In this document: piece by piece, positions 57,671 through 64,000 of the stretch
Layout: every line of letters starts with the position of its first letter
How positions within the stretch are numbered: position 1 is the stretch's first letter
NCBI GenBank assembly: GCA_045612385.1
Contig: JAZKYZ010000068.1
Location: 4,429 to 68,428, forward strand
DNA length: 64,000 bases
Origin: Eubacteriales bacterium
GTDB taxonomy: Bacteria > Bacillota > Clostridia > Oscillospirales > CAG-272
Direction of reading: 5' to 3'
Notes under the pieces: model-generated
Seen by the model: the letters and a program-made list of their open reading frames with translations, nothing else
Databases searched by the model: none
Told to the model about the DNA's origin: nothing
Program-made: the position numbers and the translations under genes

Positions 57671-58789
57671 TTATTTTTTTGCTTTACGATGTTTATCAAG
57701 AATAGTATGAATCTTTTTGGATTGATCCAAAAGATGGCTGATTGTTTGATCGTGGTTCAATGTATCAATGATATATGCCACATATTTGCACATATTGACT
57801 TCACAATACCATTCTCTTGCAAGAAGCTCGGGCGTTCTATAAACGAGATTGGTGGTGAAAATCTTGTGAATAACACCGTCCTGATATGCTTTGTCAAGAT
57901 TAGCAAGACCGTTACAGAAAAGTCCGAATGTAGCAAATACGAAAATACGATTTGCGCCCTTTTCTTTTAATTGCTGTGCAACATCAATAACAGAATCGCC
58001 AGAGGAGATCATATCGTCAACAATAATAACATCCTTGCCCTGAACATCCCGACCAAGATATTCGTGAGCAACAATTGGGTTCTTGCCATTAACGATAATG
58101 GAATAATCGCGACGCTTGTAAAACATACCAAGGTCAATTCCCATAACGGAGGAATAATACATACACTTGCCCATTCCACCCTCATCAGGAGAAATGATCA
58201 TAAGTTTTTCAGGGTCAATATCAATATCAGGATATGCGTGAAGCATTGCCTTAATCATTTGATAAGAAGAGCGAACATCTTCAAATCCAGAAAGTGGAAT
58301 TGCGTTTTGGACTCTGGGGTCATGCGCATCAAAGGTAATAATATTCGTAATACCCATATTGACTAATTCCTGTAACGCAAGAGCGCAGTCAAGACTTTCA
58401 CGAGAGGAGCGCTTATGCTGACGACCTTCGTAAAGCATTGGCATAATTACACTGATTCTTCTCGCTTTTCCACCAATAGCGCCAACGACTCTTTTAATGT
58501 CAGAAAAATGGTCATCTGGACTCATTGGAACAGTCATGCCGTACATATTATAAGTCACACCGTGGTTAAACACGTCTGCAATGATATAGACGTCATTTCC
58601 TCGTAAGGACTGATGAAGCGCACCTTTAGCTTCTCCACTTCCGAAACGAGGACAAGAAATATCAACGGTAAATGTCCCGTCTGTATTATGTCTGCGCCAT
58701 TCTTTCAGATAAGAATCTACCTCAGCCGTGAATTCTTCACAGCCTCTCATGCCAATGATACTTAATTCACCATATAAATTTTCCTTCAT
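57671..58789 (-). CDS. prs: ribose-phosphate pyrophosphokinase
   Basis: PRPP-binding loop VIIVDDMISSGDS and the Prs N-domain pattern. The ATG at 58789 lies 7 nt after GGAG. Confidence 0.9.
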   Translation of the reverse strand: MKENLYGELSIIGMRGCEEFTAEVDSYLKEWRRHNTDGTFTVDISCPRFGSGEAKGALHQSLRGNDVYIIADVFNHGVTYNMYGMTVPMSPDDHFSDIKRVVGAIGGKARRISVIMPMLYEGRQHKRSSRESLDCALALQELVNMGITNIITFDAHDPRVQNAIPLSGFEDVRSSYQMIKAMLHAYPDIDIDPEKLMIISPDEGGMGKCMYYSSVMGIDLGMFYKRRDYSIIVNGKNPIVAHEYLGRDVQGKDVIIVDDMISSGDSVIDVAQQLKEKGANRIFVFATFGLFCNGLANLDKAYQDGVIHKIFTTNLVYRTPELLAREWYCEVNMCKYVAYIIDTLNHDQTISHLLDQSKKIHTILDKHRKAKK

Positions 58790-58901
58790 GTTCGCGCTCC
58801 ATATATGTATTATATTGTAAAAAAACAAAACTGTCAGTCACAATCTATATGAAAAAACATAAAATAATCATGAGGTTGACAGTTCGAATTTTTCTACTTT
58901 A

Positions 58902-58930
58902 ATTATATAATGAAAATCCAATTTTGTCAA
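58902..58930 (-). promoter_or_regulatory. consensus sigma-A promoter of prs
   Basis: On the minus strand: TTGACA, 17-nt spacer, TATAAT. The leader is about 110 nt. Confidence 0.55.
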
Positions 58931-59022
58931 TAGTGAAAACGGGATTTTTTCTTTTCAGTATGACGAAAGTTTTTGTAAATTAGTTCTTCTTTTTGTTAAT
59001 TATTATAAAAAATGGAGGTTTT

Positions 59023-59415
59023 ATGGAGAGCTTTGGATATTTAACCGTACAGGTTTTGAATGCGAGTGGTGCCTTGCCGGTGGAAAACGCATTAGTGAAA
59101 ATTGAAAGCGCAGACGAGTACGATAGAATAGAGGCCCTGACAGATGTAACTGATATAGATGGGAAAACTGAAATTTTTGCAATTCCAGCTCCAAAATCAG
59201 CATATTCATTGACACCAACGCCTGAAAAGTCCCCATCATCAGCATATAAAGTAAGTGTTTTCAAGGATGGCTTTTATTCGCGTGCGATTGAAAATATTTT
59301 CATCTTTGAAAACATATACACCACTCTTACGGTACCCCTTGTTCCGAACTCATTGTACAATGAAAGTGAAAACAGGCCATCTGTACCCGAATACGAAAGC
59401 GAGGATATCATATGA
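59023..59415 (+). CDS. SleC-prodomain-like protein (Ig/carboxypeptidase-regulatory-like fold), no signal peptide
   Basis: 130 aa starting MESFGYLTVQVLNASGALPVENALVKI. GGAGG RBS before the ATG at 59023. Its stop overlaps the next start (ATGA). Confidence 0.6.
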   Translation: MESFGYLTVQVLNASGALPVENALVKIESADEYDRIEALTDVTDIDGKTEIFAIPAPKSAYSLTPTPEKSPSSAYKVSVFKDGFYSRAIENIFIFENIYTTLTVPLVPNSLYNESENRPSVPEYESEDII

Positions 59416-60812
59416 CAGGTATACCTACTGTGCCGCAATACATAACAGTTCATTTAGGGACCCCAGACGAAAATGCGCAGAACGTGACAATTCCATTTGA
59501 TGAATATCTTAAGAATGTCGCATCCAGCGAAATCTATCCCACCTGGCCTCTTGCGTCAATCCGAGCCAATGTTCTTGCGCAAGCAAGCTTTGCGCTCAAT
59601 CGAATTTATACTGAATATTATCGAAGTCGGGGTTATGATTTTGATATTACGTCGACCACACAAAACGATCAGCGCTTTGTGTATGGGCGAGATATTTTTG
59701 ATAATATATCCTCAACAGTTGACAATCTCTATGGCAGTTACATTCGAAAAGAAGGTCGTATTGAACCGTTTTTTGCATCCTTTTGTGATGGATATGAGGT
59801 TCAGTGTCAAGGGCTATCGCAGTGGGAGACGGTAACACTTGCCAATCAAGGACTTAACTCTGTTGAAATTCTTGAACGCTTTTATGGTGACGATATTGAA
59901 ATTGTAACCAATGCCCCAATTGAAAATCAAACGGCATCCGCTCCTGCTGTTCCATTGCGTGAAGGAGATACAGGTAGAGATGTTGAACTGATACAAAGAA
60001 GAATCAATAGAATTTCTATGAATTTTCCGGGCATTCCCAAAATATTTCCTGCAGATGGTTTTTTTGATACATCAACGCTGGATGCGGTTAAGAAATTTCA
60101 AGAGGTTTTTTCACTTACCCCAGATGGTATTGTCGGTAGAGATACTTGGTATAAAATTCAAAGTGTCTACAATGCGGTCAAAAGATTGCACGATATCAAT
60201 TCTGAAGGTCTCACCTTTGGTGAGATATCGACACAATATCCTGGTGTCCTAAAAATAGGTGATGCCTCTGAAGGCGTTAGAATCATTCAATACTACCTGG
60301 ACTATATTGGCACATTTGTATCGACGGTAACCCCAGTGAATATTGATGGTATTTTCGGAGATAATACACGTTCCTCCGTTCTATCTTTCCAAAAAACGTA
60401 TGGTCTAAATGAAACGGGCGAAGTCAATCGTGAAGTTTTTGCTAAAATGCAAAATGTATATTATGGTTTATTGCTCTCTAACTCTTCTATGTATACGCAA
60501 ACAGATGCTATTCCCTTTCCTGGTAGAATATTGAGAGTCGGAATACAAGGGGAGGATGTGAGAATATTACAGAATTATTTAATCAAACTGAATGAATATT
60601 ACAAGGATATTCCTCTAATCGTCGCAGACGGTATTTATGGCATAGAAACAGAACGGGCTGTCATTGCATTTCAAAACAAATTCGGTCTTGAACAGAGGAA
60701 TGGGCGCGTAAATGCAATTACTTGGGATCGAATAGCCAGCACATATGAGGATATTGTCCTGGGCGAAGAAGTAAATGAGGGACAATATCCCGGATATCCA
60801 ATAGGAGAATGA
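59412..60812 (+). CDS. SleC-like spore cortex-lytic enzyme core (SpoIID-like motif) with three PG_binding_1 repeats
   Basis: 466 aa. Motif VPQYITVHLGTPDENAQNVTIPFDEYLKNVASSEIYPTWPLASIRANVLAQASFALNRIYTEYYR, followed by three repeats of the LR.GD.G..V..IQ..L...DGI.G..T...V..FQ pattern. No signal peptide. Confidence 0.7.
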   Translation: MTGIPTVPQYITVHLGTPDENAQNVTIPFDEYLKNVASSEIYPTWPLASIRANVLAQASFALNRIYTEYYRSRGYDFDITSTTQNDQRFVYGRDIFDNISSTVDNLYGSYIRKEGRIEPFFASFCDGYEVQCQGLSQWETVTLANQGLNSVEILERFYGDDIEIVTNAPIENQTASAPAVPLREGDTGRDVELIQRRINRISMNFPGIPKIFPADGFFDTSTLDAVKKFQEVFSLTPDGIVGRDTWYKIQSVYNAVKRLHDINSEGLTFGEISTQYPGVLKIGDASEGVRIIQYYLDYIGTFVSTVTPVNIDGIFGDNTRSSVLSFQKTYGLNETGEVNREVFAKMQNVYYGLLLSNSSMYTQTDAIPFPGRILRVGIQGEDVRILQNYLIKLNEYYKDIPLIVADGIYGIETERAVIAFQNKFGLEQRNGRVNAITWDRIASTYEDIVLGEEVNEGQYPGYPIGE

Positions 60813-60813
60813 T

Positions 60814-61302
60814 ATGTATCATATTAGCAATAAACAAGAACCTATCAAAGAAGTACAAATTGCGCTATTTGCTTTGGGATATGGAGAAAGCCATTTGGTT
60901 CCAATAGACGGCATTTTCGGAGAAAATACAAGAAATGCGATATTGCATTTTCAGCAGGAAAATGGATTGATTCCCTCTGGGGTAGTGGATTATGAAACAT
61001 TTATTCAGCTAAAAAATAAAAAAATAGAAGTAGAGAAAGGGGCTAACATCTTTCCGTTTCCTTTAAAAGAAGGGGATAACAATGAAAAAGTTGCGCATTT
61101 GCACGCAGCACTAAACATCTTGTTCACAGAAAATAATAATGGTAACAACCCCTTGACTGGTACTCTTTTTGACTCGCAGACCAAAAAATATGTAAATCTT
61201 TTCCTTCTGCGAATCGGCGCAGTTGAAAATGGAGAAATCACTATGGCACAGTATGAAAGACTACAAAAAGAAGGAGATATTTCCTTACTCTATAACTTTT
61301 AG
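60814..61302 (+). CDS. peptidoglycan-binding-domain protein
   Basis: 162 aa. One clear PG_binding_1 repeat (VQIALFALGY...IDGIFGENTRNAILHFQQENGL) and one degenerate repeat. No signal peptide. Confidence 0.6.
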   Translation: MYHISNKQEPIKEVQIALFALGYGESHLVPIDGIFGENTRNAILHFQQENGLIPSGVVDYETFIQLKNKKIEVEKGANIFPFPLKEGDNNEKVAHLHAALNILFTENNNGNNPLTGTLFDSQTKKYVNLFLLRIGAVENGEITMAQYERLQKEGDISLLYNF

Positions 61303-61366
61303 GCTAAAATGATTATTATTACATTTATTAGTCATAATCTAAATTAGAAAACTTCTGGAGGAGCAA

Positions 61367-63619
61367 ATGAGTAGCGAGCGATTTACACAAAAAGCCGAAC
61401 TTGCGCTGAATGGCAGTTTAGATTATGCCGAAAAAATGGGAGCATCATATATAGGTACTGAACATATTTTGCTTTCATTGATGGAGACAAAAGGTTCGAT
61501 TGCATCCAAAATACTGAGTGACTCCGGTTTAACATCTGCCCAATACACAGAGGCGATTAAAAATTGTCAGGGCGTTTTCAAAAAGACGAAACTAACCGTT
61601 AAAAATATGACTCCACGTGCAAGATGTGTTCTGGATAACGCATATAAGAATGCACAGAAATATGGTGCTTTGAGAATTGGAACAGAACATATTTTGCTTT
61701 CCGTATTGGAAGAAAAGGATTCTGTTGCTTCAAAACTTTTAGTCTTTCTTGATATAGATATTGTGTTATTAAGGGATAAAACAAGGCAGAAAATACGAGA
61801 ATATGAGCGTACATTCGGCAGAATTGAAGATGGGGAAAGGAAAACAAGGCCAGAACTTTCTGTGCTTTTGAAATATGGAAAAATACTGAATGATCCATCA
61901 AGGGAGATCGCGTGGGAGATTGTTGGTAGAGATGGTGTCATAGAACGAATCATACGCACCCTGTTAAGAAAAACGAAAAACAATCCTGTATTGCTCGGGG
62001 AGGCAGGTGTCGGTAAAACAGCAATTGTAGAAGGATTGGCACATAAGATATTATCGGGAGAAGTTCCCTACTCCTTATCGGATGCCATAATTATATCTCT
62101 TGATTTAACTAAAATTGTGGCTGGTACCAAATATCGAGGAGATTTTGAGGAACGAATACGTCAAATTTTAGATGAGGCGAAAAAGAATCCGAAGGTAATC
62201 CTTTTTATTGATGAACTTCACACTGTTATGGGTGCCGGAGCTGCTGAAGGCGCAGTAGATTTAGCTAACATTATAAAACCGGAGTTGTCAAGAGCAGAGA
62301 TTCGCGTGATCGGTGCAACTACACTGGAGGAATACAGAAAGCACATTGAGCGTGACAGTGCTTTGGAAAGAAGATTCCAACCCATCAACGTAGATGAACC
62401 ATCTGTTAGTGATACGTGTAAAATGATGCGTTCAATTGCGCGAAGTTTAGAAAAGCACCATAAAGTTTTTATTGATGATTCTGCAATTACGGCTTCTGTG
62501 GAGCTGTCAACACGTTATTTGTTTTTACGCTCTCGTCCTGACAAATGTATTGATTTGTTGGATGAGGGATGCGCCTATGTATCAATTCATCAGGCAAAAA
62601 CATCCAACGAGACTCCTGTTGTTACAAGAAAAGATCTTTTATATGTATTGGAAGAATTCAGTGGAATGAAAGAAATTTACCTGAATGTACCAATGTCAGA
62701 AAAGAATATTATCAATTATTTGTCAGAAAATTGTATTGGACAACAAAAAGCGTGCCAAGTAGTAGCAAATGGCATTCTTCGTTCCCAGTCCGGCGTTCAA
62801 GACCCCACGCGTCCTCTCGGTAGTTACTTTTTTTATGGAACAAGTGGCGTAGGAAAGACAAAAATGGCAAAAACACTTGCCAAATTGCTTTTTGGAACAG
62901 AGGAACGCTGCATTACATTTGATATGAGTGAATATAGCGAATCACATTCGGTCTCTAAATTGATTGGAGCTCCTCAAGGATATGTAGGCTATGGGGATGG
63001 CGGACTGCTCGTACAAAAGGTGAAAAATCAACCTTACAGTGTTTTATTGTTTGATGAAATTGAAAAGGCTCACCGTGATATTTATCACATTTTTCTTCAA
63101 ATTCTTGATGAAGGACGTTTAATGGATTCTTCCGGAAAAACAATAAACTTTCGAAATTGTTTTATCGTATTTACCTCTAACGTTAACTTAAATTTGCTGT
63201 CATCCAAAGTCGGTTTTTTGGATTATCCTGAGGAGGAAAGCATCCACGAGATAGAACAATTAAACAGACACTTCCCTACAGAGTTTTTATCCAGAATAGA
63301 TTCTTTTGTTAAATTCAAAAGGTTAAATGAAGAAAACCTGATAAAAATATGTGAAAACGAATTAACAGAATTAAAAAATAGGCTCAAAAAAGAAAAAATC
63401 GTGATTGAATACGATACTCCCCTAATAGATTATCTTCTTTTGAATGTTGAGCAACTGAATTTGGGTGCAAGACCCATTCGTACAAAAATCAGGTCCGATT
63501 TAGAGAGTAGAATTGCCGAATATGTAATGAACCACGAGTTTGAAGAGATAACATTATTTATCAACGTATGTGATGGAGAAATTGATATTACAGAAAAAAC
63601 AATGGTCACTGTGGGATAA
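61367..63619 (+). CDS. clpC: ClpC-type AAA+ chaperone (Clp protease ATP-binding subunit)
   Basis: 750 aa. Two Clp_N repeats, D1 GEAGVGKTAIVEGLA, D2 GTSGVGKTKMAKTLA, and a VGF tripeptide at the position of the ClpP-docking loop. Confidence 0.85.
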   Translation: MSSERFTQKAELALNGSLDYAEKMGASYIGTEHILLSLMETKGSIASKILSDSGLTSAQYTEAIKNCQGVFKKTKLTVKNMTPRARCVLDNAYKNAQKYGALRIGTEHILLSVLEEKDSVASKLLVFLDIDIVLLRDKTRQKIREYERTFGRIEDGERKTRPELSVLLKYGKILNDPSREIAWEIVGRDGVIERIIRTLLRKTKNNPVLLGEAGVGKTAIVEGLAHKILSGEVPYSLSDAIIISLDLTKIVAGTKYRGDFEERIRQILDEAKKNPKVILFIDELHTVMGAGAAEGAVDLANIIKPELSRAEIRVIGATTLEEYRKHIERDSALERRFQPINVDEPSVSDTCKMMRSIARSLEKHHKVFIDDSAITASVELSTRYLFLRSRPDKCIDLLDEGCAYVSIHQAKTSNETPVVTRKDLLYVLEEFSGMKEIYLNVPMSEKNIINYLSENCIGQQKACQVVANGILRSQSGVQDPTRPLGSYFFYGTSGVGKTKMAKTLAKLLFGTEERCITFDMSEYSESHSVSKLIGAPQGYVGYGDGGLLVQKVKNQPYSVLLFDEIEKAHRDIYHIFLQILDEGRLMDSSGKTINFRNCFIVFTSNVNLNLLSSKVGFLDYPEEESIHEIEQLNRHFPTEFLSRIDSFVKFKRLNEENLIKICENELTELKNRLKKEKIVIEYDTPLIDYLLLNVEQLNLGARPIRTKIRSDLESRIAEYVMNHEFEEITLFINVCDGEIDITEKTMVTVG

Positions 63620-63625
63620 AAAAGA

Positions 63626-63657
63626 AAAATGCCCTTGCAAAAGCAAAGGCATTTTTT
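63626..63657. terminator. bidirectional terminator between clpC and the tRNA genes
   Basis: Stem atgcccttgc/gcaaaggcat (one mismatch) with a flanking A-run and T-run. Confidence 0.6.
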
Positions 63658-63659
63658 AA

Positions 63660-63737
63660 TGGGGTGAGATGTGGGAGTCGAACCCATGACCTCCAGGGCC
63701 ACAACCTGGCGCTCTAACCAACTGAGCTAATCCCACC
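63660..63737 (-). tRNA. tRNA-His (anticodon GTG), with encoded G-1 and CCA
   Basis: Reverse complement is G-GTGGGATTAGCTCAGTTGGTTAGAGCGCCAGGTTGTGGCCCTGGAGGTCATGGGTTCGACTCCCACATCTCAC-C-CCA. The anticodon loop is UUGUGGC. Confidence 0.9.
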
Positions 63738-63746
63738 ATAGGATAA

Positions 63747-63823
63747 TGGCGTGCCTTGAGGGACTCGAACCCCCGACCTACTGCTTAGAAGGCAGTTGCT
63801 CTATCCAGCTGAGCTAAAGGCAC
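63747..63823 (-). tRNA. tRNA-Arg (anticodon TCT), CCA encoded
   Basis: Reverse complement is GTGCCTTTAGCTCAGCTGGATAGAGCAACTGCCTTCTAAGCAGTAGGTCGGGGGTTCGAGTCCCTCAAGGCACGCCA. The anticodon loop is CUUCUAA. Confidence 0.9.
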
Positions 63824-64000
63824 AAACCGTGCAACGCAAACTATTATAACAGAATGTTTGAAATTTGTCAAGGGTTTTTTTAAAAGTTTTTTCAAAACTT
63901 AGTGAATGCGCAAGTTATATTCTTTTGCAAACAACTTTAGGGCCTTCTATGGCAACAACGATAACTTTTTCGCCAACCTCATATAAATCTTCATCATAAA

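Noticed and set aside
58829-58884. An 8-bp inverted repeat (aactgtca/tgacagtt) followed by a U-run in the ~110-nt prs leader, considered as a transcription attenuator.
   Set aside because: The stem is short and encloses a ~40-nt AT-rich loop with little internal pairing. I could not recognise any riboswitch or PyrR-like motif. Support is too weak to call.
63899-64000. A possible partial gene at the right edge of the window.
   Set aside because: The frames I translated from the ~100 nt contain stops or no recognisable motif, so there is too little sequence to support a call.

Overview
This window looks like a low-GC Firmicutes (Clostridia-like, endospore-forming) chromosomal segment. It is densely coding, with about 58 protein genes, 3 tRNAs and many clear rho-independent terminators and sigma-A type promoters. 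I saw no CRISPR array, IS element or prophage block. Most of it is core housekeeping: ackA (partial), coaE, prfA, tsaC/sua5, a GyrA/ParC-family subunit, ychF, comEC, rarA, recG, the conserved yybS-gdpP-rplI-dnaB block, tilS, ftsH, radA, an EF-G paralogue, pgi, rpsU, folD, prs and clpC. Sporulation and cortex genes are scattered through it: cwlD, spoIIID, a PBP5-type carboxypeptidase, pdaA-like, and a SleC-like operon. Eight things seem worth a second look. (1) A SleC-like cortex-lytic enzyme has its N-terminal prodomain encoded as a separate, translationally coupled ORF, with extra peptidoglycan-binding repeats. (2) A five-gene Na+-pump decarboxylase operon carries both a divergent acyl-CoA carboxyltransferase and an OadA/5S-type carboxyltransferase around one biotin carrier. 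(3) A GC-rich, apparently structured ~140-nt element sits between tRNA-Ser and a NUDIX operon, bracketed by two identical copies of a terminator hairpin. (4) A Xer-type recombinase is translationally coupled to an XRE/TPR-like regulator inside core genes. (5) A Cys-rich 298-aa orphan protein has a sigma-K-like promoter. (6) ComEC has a metallo-beta-lactamase region that lacks the HxHxDH motif. (7) An E2/CAT-fold acyltransferase-like protein reads DER where the family has DHR. (8) A Gfo/Idh/MocA gene appears to be a fresh pseudogene. All functional calls come from reading motifs in the supplied translations and from memory of the families. No database search was run.
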